Assembly (NCBI GenBank): GCA_020057295.1
Contig: JAGVGF010000002.1
Span: forward strand, 190,276 to 254,275
Direction of reading: 5' to 3'
Origin: an archaeon
Lineage (GTDB): Archaea; Nanobdellota; Nanobdellia; Woesearchaeales; UBA9642
Length of the DNA stretch: 64,000 bases
Shown here: in pieces, positions 37,143-46,912 of the stretch
How the letters are laid out: the number at the start of each line of letters is the position of its first letter
Position numbering within the stretch: the first letter of the stretch is position 1
Program-made: the position numbers and the translations under genes
Notes under the pieces: generated by a model
Seen by the model: the letters and a program-made list of their open reading frames with translations, nothing else
Database searches by the model: none
What the model was told of the DNA's origin: nothing

Positions 37143-38978
37143 TTATTTAATATATCCACCTTTCTGTAAGTTCCACAATTTTTTATATTCCCCAGGCTTC
37201 TTTATTAATTGTCTATGTGTTCCTGCTTGTACTATCTTTCCTTTCTTTAGAACAACTATCTTGTCAGCTTTCATAATCGTGCTTAGCCTGTGTGCTATTA
37301 TTATTGTTGTTCTTCCTTTCATTAACTTCTCTAATGCTGCTTGTATGTCGTGTTCTGTTTGTGAATCTAAAGCTGATGTTGCTTCATCTAATACTAATAT
37401 TTTTTTATTAGCAAGAATTGCTCTTGCTATACTTACTCTTTGTTTTTCTCCACCGGATAACTTAACACCCCTTTCTCCTACTACTGTTTCTTCTTTTTTC
37501 GGGAATTCTTTGATTATTTTATCTAATTGTGCAAATTTTATTGCTTCCATTATCTCTTCTTTTGTTGCTTCAGGTTTTGAGAATCCAACATTGTTATATA
37601 TACTATTATCAAATAATACGCACTCTTGTGGCACTATACTCATTTCTGATCTCAAAGTTTCTTGCTGTATATCTCTTATATCTATTCCATCAACCTTTAT
37701 TGATCCTTCATCAACATCATACAATCTATATAATAGTTTGACTAATGTAGACTTTCCTGATCCGGAATGTCCAACAAACGCTACTTTCTTATTTTTATTA
37801 ATTTTCAATGTGAAATCTTCAAAAATTTTTCTCTGACCATACTTAAATGTCATATTTTCAAAATCTATAATTCCATCGTTTATGATTATTGGCTTTGCTT
37901 CAGGCTTATCTTTTACTTCCTGTTCAACTTTATTATACTCAAACAAACTCTGGAAATCTACCATTACCCTATAGTATTCTCTCATTCCATGCACAAATCC
38001 AAATAATGGATTCATTAATGTTCCATACACAGTATATATGAATACTACAGTTCCAAGACTTATTTCATTATTGATGAATCTAGTCAACGGTACATATAAT
38101 AATAGAAATGTTCCTATGCTTAATATTAATGCTTGACCTGCATCAAGCCATCTGAAATAGTCCCAATTCTTTTTCATCCAGAATCTAGTATTTTCAGTAA
38201 TATCCTGGAATTTGTTCTTGATATACTGTTCTTTACCGAAATATTTTATTGAATCTATATTAGTAAATATGTCTGCTATGTTTCCCTTTTCAAAATCTTC
38301 AACTTCGTTTGCTTTTACACTTGAAGGTTTCTGTATCTCTTGAACAACGTAACTATATGATACGAATAATATAACCGTTAAGAACACAATCAGTCCTGTC
38401 GTTAAATCAAAAAGTATTAATGATGCTGAAACTATAACTAACTGGAATATTAATGGTGCTACATTAAATGCTATTATATCAGTCATTCGTTCAACAGCTC
38501 TTCCTCCTCTTGTTAAACGTGATATCATTGATCCAGTTCTATTACTAGTGTGGAATTTGTGTGATAGATCTACAATATGATTGAAGAATCTTACTTTAAT
38601 ATCTGTAATTAATCCTGATTCTAGTTTGTTTATAGAATTTAACATAAACCATTTTAGTATGCTTCTAATTATTACTACACTAACATATATTCCAGCAACC
38701 ATTACTAATGCTTGTACTAACGCTTCATTGCTTAATGTTCCTGATGCATGTTCAGTTCCTTTGTCTATAATTATCTTAAATATGAATCTGTCAGCTACAT
38801 ATGTAGCTTCAACAACTAGAACTATGGCTAATAAGATTATAAATAGTACACGATATTTTTTTAATAGTTCTAGATATATCCTTAGGTTATATCTGAAATC
38901 TATCTTTTCAGGTTTATCACTCATAACACAACCCCTACTATATGAGCACATTAACACTTTATAAAACTTTGTCTTCAC
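37143..38978 (-). CDS. ABC transporter, fused permease/ATPase (ABCB/MsbA-type exporter)
   Basis: Six-TM domain; Walker A 'GHSGSGKST', ABC signature 'LSGGEKQRVSIARA', Walker B 'ILVLDEATSALD'. Confidence 0.85.
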   Translation of the reverse strand: MKTKFYKVLMCSYSRGCVMSDKPEKIDFRYNLRIYLELLKKYRVLFIILLAIVLVVEATYVADRFIFKIIIDKGTEHASGTLSNEALVQALVMVAGIYVSVVIIRSILKWFMLNSINKLESGLITDIKVRFFNHIVDLSHKFHTSNRTGSMISRLTRGGRAVERMTDIIAFNVAPLIFQLVIVSASLILFDLTTGLIVFLTVILFVSYSYVVQEIQKPSSVKANEVEDFEKGNIADIFTNIDSIKYFGKEQYIKNKFQDITENTRFWMKKNWDYFRWLDAGQALILSIGTFLLLYVPLTRFINNEISLGTVVFIYTVYGTLMNPLFGFVHGMREYYRVMVDFQSLFEYNKVEQEVKDKPEAKPIIINDGIIDFENMTFKYGQRKIFEDFTLKINKNKKVAFVGHSGSGKSTLVKLLYRLYDVDEGSIKVDGIDIRDIQQETLRSEMSIVPQECVLFDNSIYNNVGFSKPEATKEEIMEAIKFAQLDKIIKEFPKKEETVVGERGVKLSGGEKQRVSIARAILANKKILVLDEATSALDSQTEHDIQAALEKLMKGRTTIIIAHRLSTIMKADKIVVLKKGKIVQAGTHRQLIKKPGEYKKLWNLQKGGYIK

Positions 38979-39076
38979 TTTACGGAGAATTTACGTGCGC
39001 CTTTTACAAAAAGTCGCGTCAAAAGTGTGTGTTAACTTTTAGTTAAGCACACGAATACTTTATTCAGAATTTAGAA

Positions 39077-40849
39077 TCAGTACTGTTCCTTATAAAATCC
39101 TTCTACTTGATTTAATGTAGAACTTTCGTCAGGTCTTCTATCCATTCTTATTCTTACAAGTCTTGGGAATCTTAATGCATATCCTGAACTGTATGAAGGA
39201 CTTTTTTGTATCTCTTCAAACTTTAATTCTACAACGATGTTAGGTTTGATTGTGACTTCTCTTCCTTTTTCTGTAATTATGTACGGCTTTAGCGCTTCTG
39301 TAAGTTCATTGAATGATACTATATTCTCATCATTCAAGTCTTCTTCTCCCTTCTTTTCTTTAATTCCAGTTCCAAACTTTCCAATTTCAAGATAATTGTC
39401 AGTATCTTCATCATATATTGCAACAGTGTATGATGTAAGCCAACCAGTTCTTTTCCCTTCGCCCCATTCTGCTGCAACGATAACAACATCTAAAGTTTCC
39501 ATTACCGGCTTAAGTTTTATCCATGTTCCTACTCTTGAGCCAGGTTTGTATGGCGCATTAATATTCTTGAACATCACACCTTCATTTCCAGCATCAAGAC
39601 TCTTTTTATAGAATTTCTCTGCATCATTATCATTGTCTGTTATTACTTGCTGCGCAAGTCTAATATGGAATGGTTTCTCTTTTATTATCTTTTCAATCAA
39701 CTTTCTACGTTCACTAAATGTTTCCTTAATAGTTGATTTACCATCATAATATATTATATCAAAAATGTTTAATTCTACAGGAACATCTTTAGCCATTTGT
39801 TCAATATCATACTTTCTCTTTATTCTTTGAGAAATATTCTGAAAAGGAACATACTTTTTTGTTTGAGGATTATAGCCTACCGCTTCTCCATCAATAATAC
39901 ATGATTCTGTAGTAATATTTTCTCTAATCAATTTAACTACTTCTGGAAATTGTGCGCTAACATTTTCTAACCTTCTAGTATGTATGGTTACTTTATCTCC
40001 ATGTTTTCCAATTAACATTCTAAAGCCATCATACTTATATTCAATAGCTGCTGGCCTTCCTACTGTTTCAAATGCTTCGCTAACGTTTTTAGCTTTTTGT
40101 GCTAACATTACTTTTACTGGCTTTTGTGTATTTAACTCTAATGTTTGTAAAATGTTAATATCATCATCAATAATCATTTGAGCAACTATTGCATAATCAT
40201 TAGTCACATCATAAGCTTCCTGTATTGAATCACGAATCTTTACAAGTTCAGAACCGCCACCAAAACTGGGGTCTTTACTTTCCAAATCAACCTTTCCACC
40301 ATGTCTCTCATAATAAGCTATTGCAATTGCATCTCTTAGCGTTCCTTCTCCTAATCCTACACGTAAATCTTCTAGAACAGTTCTCGTAATATATTTTGCT
40401 TCTTTAGGCTTTGCACTAGTAAGTAATTCAGCGATAGTTTTTAATTTCACATCTGTACTTCCAAGTCCTTCGATAGTTGCAAGTTTTTGAATGTTTGAGA
40501 ATACTTTGTCAACTGTTAAATCTTGACTAAATAATGTGTGTTGTCTTTTCTTTTTTATTAATTCTTCAGATGTTAATCCTAAATCCCCTGTTTTCTTCCA
40601 TGTTTTTTCAATATCATCTGTAGTTATTCCTGATGCAATATTTAATGCTTTAACAATTAATTTTGATGCCACACCTATCTTTCTATCATCAGATTTTGGA
40701 AATACTATTCCTTGAACTAATAACATGATCTTATCAACATCTTTTTTAGGGCAATTTTTCAAGAATTCAGCAAGTATTATGGTCTTTTCAAGCCTCTTAC
40801 TTGTACTTTCAAGTTTCTCATATAATTCTGTTAATTGAATATAATCCAT
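39077..40849 (-). CDS. lig: ATP-dependent DNA ligase
   Basis: Adenylation motif 'EYKYDGFRM' (KxDGxR) and conserved ligase motifs; 590 aa. Confidence 0.9.
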   Translation of the reverse strand: MDYIQLTELYEKLESTSKRLEKTIILAEFLKNCPKKDVDKIMLLVQGIVFPKSDDRKIGVASKLIVKALNIASGITTDDIEKTWKKTGDLGLTSEELIKKKRQHTLFSQDLTVDKVFSNIQKLATIEGLGSTDVKLKTIAELLTSAKPKEAKYITRTVLEDLRVGLGEGTLRDAIAIAYYERHGGKVDLESKDPSFGGGSELVKIRDSIQEAYDVTNDYAIVAQMIIDDDINILQTLELNTQKPVKVMLAQKAKNVSEAFETVGRPAAIEYKYDGFRMLIGKHGDKVTIHTRRLENVSAQFPEVVKLIRENITTESCIIDGEAVGYNPQTKKYVPFQNISQRIKRKYDIEQMAKDVPVELNIFDIIYYDGKSTIKETFSERRKLIEKIIKEKPFHIRLAQQVITDNDNDAEKFYKKSLDAGNEGVMFKNINAPYKPGSRVGTWIKLKPVMETLDVVIVAAEWGEGKRTGWLTSYTVAIYDEDTDNYLEIGKFGTGIKEKKGEEDLNDENIVSFNELTEALKPYIITEKGREVTIKPNIVVELKFEEIQKSPSYSSGYALRFPRLVRIRMDRRPDESSTLNQVEGFYKEQY

Positions 40850-40943
40850 AGAATAATGATATACCCTACACTTTTAAAAATTTGATGAAAATAGTCCTAG
40901 CAGTCTATGTTTTCATAACTTTTATAAACTTCTATTTATTCAC

Positions 40944-42011
40944 GTGAGTATGGGATTGTATGATGATTTACTAAAGGGTGGAGAATCCCTATTTAAGAAC
41001 GAGTACGCATTAGATTATACTTTTCTTCCAAAAACTGTTCCTTATAGAGAGGCACAACAGAAATATCTAGCTTCATGTATAAAACCTTTATTGATGGATC
41101 ATAATGGACGTAATGTTCTGGTCCATGGTCCACCAGGTGTTGGTAAGACTGCTGCATTAAAACACTTACTTCGAGAATTAGATGAAAGCGATGAATTTGC
41201 AGAAAAACTTTTCCCAATATATGTTAATTGCTGGCATAAAAATACCACATATAAAGTAGTCCTAGAATTATGTGATCAAGTTGGTTACGCATTCGTACAA
41301 AATAAGAATACTGAAGATTTATTCAAAATAGTTACGCAAATTATTAATAAAAAAGGAGCAATATTTGTATTCGATGAGATAGATAAGGCTGAAGATACAG
41401 ACTTCCTATATATACTATCAGAAATGGTTTTTAAAAAAACCATATTTTTAGTAACGAATTATAAATCTTGGCTTCTAGAATTAGATGATAGGATTAGAAG
41501 TAGATTAATGATGGAACAGACAGAATTTCCACAATATAATGCTGAAGAAGTTGCTGGAATATTAAAAGAGAGAATCCCTTATGCATTTAACACTAATTGT
41601 GTTGATGATGATGCAATAATAGCAATTGCTAACAAGGCAGCTGATTTAAAAGACTTAAGGATAGGAATGTTTTTACTTAGAGAATCTGCAGTAGTTGCAG
41701 AATCTAAAGGCAGTAAACGTGTTAAAGCAGAGCATGTACAGTCAGCTATCTTGAAAATAGATCAGTTCACAATTAAGAGTACTGATGATTTGGATGATGA
41801 TGCTAAAAATATATTAAAAATTGTTAGAGAATATAGTGGTAAAAAAATTGGTGACTTATATAAATTATATGAGCAGGCCGGCGGTAAAACTTCTTATAAA
41901 ACCTTTCAGCGTAAAATCACCAAGTTAGAAGAAGGTAAGTTTATTTCTTTAGAAAGAACTCATGCTGGTGGTAATACTACTATTGTGAATAAAAAATTAA
42001 CGGAATATTAA
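40944..42011 (+). CDS. cdc6: Orc1/Cdc6 replication initiator
   Basis: AAA+ Walker A 'HGPPGVGKTA', Walker B 'IFVFDEID', C-terminal winged helix. Confidence 0.9.
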   Translation: MSMGLYDDLLKGGESLFKNEYALDYTFLPKTVPYREAQQKYLASCIKPLLMDHNGRNVLVHGPPGVGKTAALKHLLRELDESDEFAEKLFPIYVNCWHKNTTYKVVLELCDQVGYAFVQNKNTEDLFKIVTQIINKKGAIFVFDEIDKAEDTDFLYILSEMVFKKTIFLVTNYKSWLLELDDRIRSRLMMEQTEFPQYNAEEVAGILKERIPYAFNTNCVDDDAIIAIANKAADLKDLRIGMFLLRESAVVAESKGSKRVKAEHVQSAILKIDQFTIKSTDDLDDDAKNILKIVREYSGKKIGDLYKLYEQAGGKTSYKTFQRKITKLEEGKFISLERTHAGGNTTIVNKKLTEY

Positions 42012-42017
42012 GGTGAG

Positions 42018-42449
42018 ATGATGGTGGTAGATGCAACAACAATAATTCTTACAGCAGTCTGTACAGGAATAGGTATTCCTATCGGAAATGCTATTTATGA
42101 AATGTTTTTAAAAGACTATTTTAAAAAAATAAAAGCTCATAACAAAAAACTAAATAAGTTGAAAGATAAATTAAAAAGCAGATTGTTACACTATAAAAGA
42201 CCTTGGGTAGCATTATTATTAAATTTATTTCTTTGGGGTATTGGATATTTCTATGTCAAAAGAAAAAGATTATTGGGAGCATTATTATTGTTAGTCCAAA
42301 TATTTGTCGTCGGAGGATTCGCCTTCGGACAAGGAAGTGTAAAGAATATTTTTGAAGGCATAAGCAGTGGATTTTTAACAATAATAGTTGCAATATATCT
42401 TGGTGTGGATGCGTATCATCTTGCGCAAGAAGTAAATAAAGAGAAGTGA
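42018..42449 (+). CDS. hypothetical membrane protein
   Basis: 143 aa, 3-4 TM helices. Confidence 0.4.
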   Translation: MMVVDATTIILTAVCTGIGIPIGNAIYEMFLKDYFKKIKAHNKKLNKLKDKLKSRLLHYKRPWVALLLNLFLWGIGYFYVKRKRLLGALLLLVQIFVVGGFAFGQGSVKNIFEGISSGFLTIIVAIYLGVDAYHLAQEVNKEK

Positions 42450-42513
42450 AAATAACTAGAAATTATTCTTTTTTTAATATTTTATTTTGTTCTTCTACAT
42501 TACTTATTTTCTT

Positions 42514-43017
42514 CTATTTTATTTTGCTCTCCATTTTATGTTTTTCATCGACGGCACAAAGTTGTTCATAAATATTTTCTATCAAATCATAATTCTTTGA
42601 TTCTTCTAGTGTTACCCATGCATGATCTATTAGTTCATCTTTTTGTTTTAATTCTACCCTGCCTGAATCGTAATCTGCATGTAAACTAACAATTATCGTC
42701 GAGAAGCCGCTTGGTCTGATAAATATTAAACTAGACACGTATCCTATGTTCTTAATTTTTATATTTGTTTCTTCAAAAATTTCTTTCTCAAGAATTTTTT
42801 CAAATATATTTAGCCAGTGATCTTTTGTATCTTTGTGTGTGTTAATAAAATCTTTTTGTTCTATTTTTCCTCCTGGAACACACCATTTTAGAGGAAATGC
42901 TTTTTCTTCAGGACTACGTTTACATATTAGATATTTATTTTTATTATTTTCTTTCTTATATATTATTCCTGTTATTGCAACATAATTTGTTTTTTGTTTT
43001 ATTTCTTCTATTTCCAT
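42514..43017 (-). CDS. NUDIX hydrolase
   Basis: Nudix-box-like 'GGKIE...LEKEIFEETNI'. Confidence 0.5.
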   Translation of the reverse strand: MEIEEIKQKTNYVAITGIIYKKENNKNKYLICKRSPEEKAFPLKWCVPGGKIEQKDFINTHKDTKDHWLNIFEKILEKEIFEETNIKIKNIGYVSSLIFIRPSGFSTIIVSLHADYDSGRVELKQKDELIDHAWVTLEESKNYDLIENIYEQLCAVDEKHKMESKIK

Positions 43018-43090
43018 TTTTACCCCCGTCGATAAAATCTTTTTGTGATTGTTGTGTTGTTGTTGTCTTATTGTTGTTATTTTTACACAA

Positions 43091-43120
43091 TATTTAAATA
43101 ATTCCTCGAATTAATTCGAG
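43091..43120 (+). promoter_or_regulatory. TATA-like palindrome (TATTTAAATA, 43091-43100) followed by a perfect 16-bp palindrome CTCGAATTAATTCGAG (43105-43120), ~22 nt upstream of the HTH-Nudix start
   Basis: Read directly from the sequence; candidate promoter plus operator in the divergent region between the two Nudix genes. Confidence 0.45.
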
Positions 43121-43141
43121 TAAGTACAATTAAGGTGTGAA

Positions 43142-43846
43142 ATGCAAAAAATGCTTAGTAAAAAAGAACGTAACGAAATATTCAAATTGTTTTTAGAGAA
43201 TAATAAATTAAAATTTAATGAGATAGAAAAGGTTTTGAAAATTCGTTCTAATATGGTTTCTTATCATCTGACTAGCATGGTAAAGGATGGTTTATTGACT
43301 AAAAAAAGTGAATATTATATTCTTACAAAAAATTCTGAGAAATACATCCCGTTATTTTCCGAGGTGTCAGATTCCGATGTCGGCCCATTGCCTGTGATTC
43401 TCGTCGCTGTAATGCATAAAGATAAGATACTGCTTGTTAAAAGAAATAAACGTCCGTATAAAGATTATTGGTCTATGGTTGGTGGAAAATTATTATTACA
43501 TGAGGATGTTAAGAGCGCAAGTATAAGAAAAGTCGTACAGAAAACTAATTTAGATGTGGAGTTTATTTCTTTAAATAATATTTTACATGAACATGTTGAA
43601 GGTGAAGGTATTATTAAACACAGTTTTATATTGCTATTCACTAAAGTTCGTTCTAAGAGTTTAAAATTTGGTGAAAGTAAGGCTGGAGCATTAAAATGGT
43701 TTGATCTAAAAAAACTTGACAAAATACAAATTATTCCTTCTGATTATTGGTTAATAAAAAATTCTTTAAACAAAAAGATTAATGTCCCTCGAATGTATAT
43801 GTGTGAACGTGACGGCGTAATAGAATCACACAAGATTATTAAATAA
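43142..43846 (+). CDS. winged-HTH + NUDIX-domain fusion protein (Nudix-related transcriptional regulator-like)
   Basis: N-terminal ArsR-like wHTH ('MVSYHLTSMVKDGLL'); central Nudix fold 'VILVAVMHKDKILLVKRNK...WSMVGGKLLLHEDVKSASIRKVVQKTNLDV' with a degenerate Nudix box. Confidence 0.55.
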   Translation: MQKMLSKKERNEIFKLFLENNKLKFNEIEKVLKIRSNMVSYHLTSMVKDGLLTKKSEYYILTKNSEKYIPLFSEVSDSDVGPLPVILVAVMHKDKILLVKRNKRPYKDYWSMVGGKLLLHEDVKSASIRKVVQKTNLDVEFISLNNILHEHVEGEGIIKHSFILLFTKVRSKSLKFGESKAGALKWFDLKKLDKIQIIPSDYWLIKNSLNKKINVPRMYMCERDGVIESHKIIK

Positions 43847-43901
43847 TATACCACTTAAAGGTAATGACAATCTTTTTAAACACTATTATTTTTCTTTCGG
43901 T

Positions 43902-45083
43902 ATGGCTATAACGCCAGTAACATTTTCAAATGATAGACTTATAAATTTATGTTCGGCTTGCGATATTTCCGAGCTTGAATTAGCTATAGCTTCAAACCAT
44001 TCCACTTTTGAATCTCAAATTTTTTCCGTAGCTGAACTATATCTAAGAAAAAGTATAGCTTCAGGAATGGAAAAAAAATGGGCTTTATCAAAAATAACTT
44101 ATCCAAATCTAGCATTATTGCTCTTCGGAAATGATTCGAACTCAAATACTAGAAAAGCAGGATCAATACTAAGTGATATTTATGAAAAGAGAAAAAAACG
44201 AGTCACAGAAGCTGAATCAGTTGTTTACGATACATTAACAAATATCTCTTTATTCAGACAAGCTATTGGACAAAAAGTGTTTGGCCATAATTTCAAACTA
44301 AATATGTTAGTTCCAGAAAAAAATCCTTTTAATTACTTGTTGAACTCTGCAGAACAACGCGCTGGATTAAAAATTCCTGTATATCTTAATGAAAGAATAT
44401 TTTTTCTATTAGGTGTTATGCGTGCTTCGGCTTCTAGGGGAAAAGACTTAAGAATTTCAGGTCAGAACGGTGATGCTGATTTTTATTGTGGTGTTTTAGA
44501 AGATATTATTCAAGAAAATTTTAATATTTTACCAAGAACGGCAATACTTCCTCACGAATACCATTCCGCTAAGAAAGGCGCTTACGTGCTTAATGATGTA
44601 TCTATGAGTTTTAACTGGTGTTCCGTCAAAAAATATGTGAATGATTTTTTTAACGTTTTTTCTAAAGATGGATTAGAAATACCTAAATTTGTTCCTGAAA
44701 GCCATGTTGCGGATATGTCTCTCGCTTATTTTATGGGGATGCTCGCTGGAGGTTCTAGTGTTAGTGTTTATCAAGAAAAAGCAAAGCCACATCAATTCCG
44801 CTCACCAAAATTAATACTTGAGTTCCATGACAAGGATGGTAAATACTTGTCTGAAATATTAAGAATTAACAAAGAGCAAGGATATATGTTAGATTTTAAA
44901 GATAACGTTGCTAGGCCATCATTTAGATATTTGAATAAGAGAGATGTAATTAGATTGACGGAATGGAAAGTCCCATTTTATATATCGGATACGCAAGTAG
45001 GAATGTTTGTTAATAACAGACAATTATCTAAATTGTTTTCTAATGGACTTATAACTTCAACAGTTCCAGGGTATCAGACTTAG
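43902..45083 (+). CDS. hypothetical protein (possible degenerate double LAGLIDADG-like fold)
   Basis: Two LAGLIDADG-like segments ~110 aa apart ('FFLLGVMRASASRG', 'YFMGMLAGGSSVSV'); speculative. Confidence 0.3.
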   Translation: MAITPVTFSNDRLINLCSACDISELELAIASNHSTFESQIFSVAELYLRKSIASGMEKKWALSKITYPNLALLLFGNDSNSNTRKAGSILSDIYEKRKKRVTEAESVVYDTLTNISLFRQAIGQKVFGHNFKLNMLVPEKNPFNYLLNSAEQRAGLKIPVYLNERIFFLLGVMRASASRGKDLRISGQNGDADFYCGVLEDIIQENFNILPRTAILPHEYHSAKKGAYVLNDVSMSFNWCSVKKYVNDFFNVFSKDGLEIPKFVPESHVADMSLAYFMGMLAGGSSVSVYQEKAKPHQFRSPKLILEFHDKDGKYLSEILRINKEQGYMLDFKDNVARPSFRYLNKRDVIRLTEWKVPFYISDTQVGMFVNNRQLSKLFSNGLITSTVPGYQT

Positions 45084-45200
45084 CACGATTGTGCTCCACT
45101 AGACACACTGGACTTTCTGAAACAGGGTATATAAATAACTAATTCTATTAAAATCTTATCGAGAAAAATTGATTTTATTTGTTGTGTGTAAGGAGGAAAA

Positions 45201-45314
45201 ATGGTTGTTGACGAATTTATAACTGAACAAAACTTTGTATTTGATGACACAGGATTTGTTGAAGGATTATTCTGGAATCAGATTAATAACTTGACTAGAA
45301 ATACCAAGGGGTGA
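45201..45314 (+). CDS. possible small ORF (37 aa) with strong SD
   Basis: AAGGAGG 5 nt upstream of ATG; MVVDEFITEQNFVFDDTGFVEGLFWNQINNLTRNTKG. Confidence 0.25.
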   Translation: MVVDEFITEQNFVFDDTGFVEGLFWNQINNLTRNTKG

Positions 45315-45318
45315 AATC

Positions 45319-45438
45319 ATGAAGAGAAAAAATATTGTAAAATTATTGGAAACGTATGAAGGAAGAGACTTCTTCTATGAACGAGCTAAAAATTGGGAAA
45401 ACAGTTCATTAAACATTAAAGATGAAATGATTGTATAA
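45319..45438 (+). CDS. possible small ORF (39 aa) with SD
   Basis: AGGGGTGA 6 nt upstream; MKRKNIVKLLETYEGRDFFYERAKNWENSSLNIKDEMIV; begins 4 nt after the previous small ORF. Confidence 0.25.
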   Translation: MKRKNIVKLLETYEGRDFFYERAKNWENSSLNIKDEMIV

Positions 45439-45500
45439 GTATATCTTTTTATACTTTCTTTTTACACTAACTTTTTAAACTAAAAAAATATCCTTCTTTT

Positions 45501-46145
45501 ATGATTGTAATCAACTTTGATGAATACAACATTAATCGTAAAAATATTCTACAAGATCTGCCTACGTCAGTGTTCGTATATCCTACTGATACTATCTACG
45601 GTATTGGATGTAATGCACTGGATGAAAAGCTAGTTCAAAAAATTAGACAAATAAAAAAAACAGCTCAACCGTTTTCTATTATAGTTCCTAGTAAAGAATG
45701 GATTTATGAAAATTGTGTTGTTACGGAAGAAGCTGAAGAATGGATTAGGAAACTTCCTGGGCCATATACTTTAATTTTACCTTTAAAAAATCCTAAAGCT
45801 GTAGCTAAAAATGTTTATAATATTAAAGATGGTAATGCAACAATTGGCGTTAGAATGCCTAATCATTGGTTTTTAGCATTATCTTATATTTTGAAGATGC
45901 CTATAGTTACTACTAGTGCAAATCTTCCTGGTCAAGATTTTATGACTTCACTAGAAGATTTAGATTTAAGTATACGAAATAGTGTTGATTATGTGTTTTA
46001 TGATGGGCCAAAGAGAGGCACTCTTTCGACAATAGTGCATTTAGAAGGGAAAAAAGTAGAATTAACTCCTAGACATGATTTAAAACCTATTCATAAAAAA
46101 ATTCAATTCCCATTAAACGAAATTACTTTAACTAGAAAAAAATAA
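45501..46145 (+). CDS. tsaC: L-threonylcarbamoyladenylate synthase (YrdC/Sua5/TsaC family)
   Basis: YrdC-domain pattern 'VFVYPTDTIYGIGCNA...PFSIIV...LPGPYTLIL...IGVRMP...PIVTTSANLPG'. Confidence 0.7.
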   Translation: MIVINFDEYNINRKNILQDLPTSVFVYPTDTIYGIGCNALDEKLVQKIRQIKKTAQPFSIIVPSKEWIYENCVVTEEAEEWIRKLPGPYTLILPLKNPKAVAKNVYNIKDGNATIGVRMPNHWFLALSYILKMPIVTTSANLPGQDFMTSLEDLDLSIRNSVDYVFYDGPKRGTLSTIVHLEGKKVELTPRHDLKPIHKKIQFPLNEITLTRKK

Positions 46146-46152
46146 TTCTGAC

Positions 46153-46815
46153 ATGTGGTGTTTTATGAAGATATTATCAGCTGGAGACTTACACGGCGAT
46201 TCTGGTATAGCCAGAAAATTAGCAGATAAAGCTGTTAAAGAAAATGTTGATTTAGTAATTCTTTGTGGAGATTTAACTCATGGTGAAGAAAAAACAGATA
46301 ATCTTATAGGGCCGTTTGTTAAACAAGGTAAAAGAGTTTTATTAATACCAGGAAATCATGAAAGTGTTGCAACAGCAGATTTTCTTGCTAAAGTTTACGG
46401 TGTAAAAAATATTCACGGTTATGGTATTAAATTATTTGATCCACGAGGTCATAAAGAATCCGGAAAAAATTCTAAAGACAAAAAATATGTTGGATTGTTT
46501 GGATGTTCTGGAGTAAACCTTGGTATACATCAAATAACTGATAAAGAAGCTTACGACTTGTTAATGAAAGGACATCATTACGTTCAAGATGCTCAATGCA
46601 AGATAATGGTTTCACATGTTCATCCATCAGGAACAAAAATGGAAAAGTTCACACAATTCTTCGAAGGCTCAAAAGCTATTAGACGCGCAATAGATAAACT
46701 TCAACCAGACATAATGCTTTGTTCTCATGTCCATGAAGCAGAAGGTTTAGAAGAAAAAATAGGAAAAACTCGAGTGATAAATGTTGGTGCTAAAGGAAAG
46801 ATTTTTGAGATATAA
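46153..46815 (+). CDS. metallophosphoesterase (calcineurin-like)
   Basis: 'GDLHGD', 'LCGDLTH', 'PGNHE' motifs. Confidence 0.7.
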   Translation: MWCFMKILSAGDLHGDSGIARKLADKAVKENVDLVILCGDLTHGEEKTDNLIGPFVKQGKRVLLIPGNHESVATADFLAKVYGVKNIHGYGIKLFDPRGHKESGKNSKDKKYVGLFGCSGVNLGIHQITDKEAYDLLMKGHHYVQDAQCKIMVSHVHPSGTKMEKFTQFFEGSKAIRRAIDKLQPDIMLCSHVHEAEGLEEKIGKTRVINVGAKGKIFEI

Positions 46816-46912
46816 AGAATATGCACTTATTGTTTACTTCTTTTTTTATTGTTGATTTATTATTTGCGGAATGACTCGAAAACTTTATATATTGTCTACT
46901 CTGAAGTAGTAT

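Noticed and set aside
37078-38964. Plus-strand ORFs 37078..37836, 37529..37741, 37767..38006 and 38581..38964 opposite the ABC transporter
   Set aside because: Antisense to a gene with unambiguous Walker A/B and ABC signature motifs.
40850-40943. Replication origin in the ligase/cdc6 divergent spacer
   Set aside because: The spacer is only 94 bp and contains no ORB-like inverted repeats. It is recorded as a low-interest note rather than a feature.
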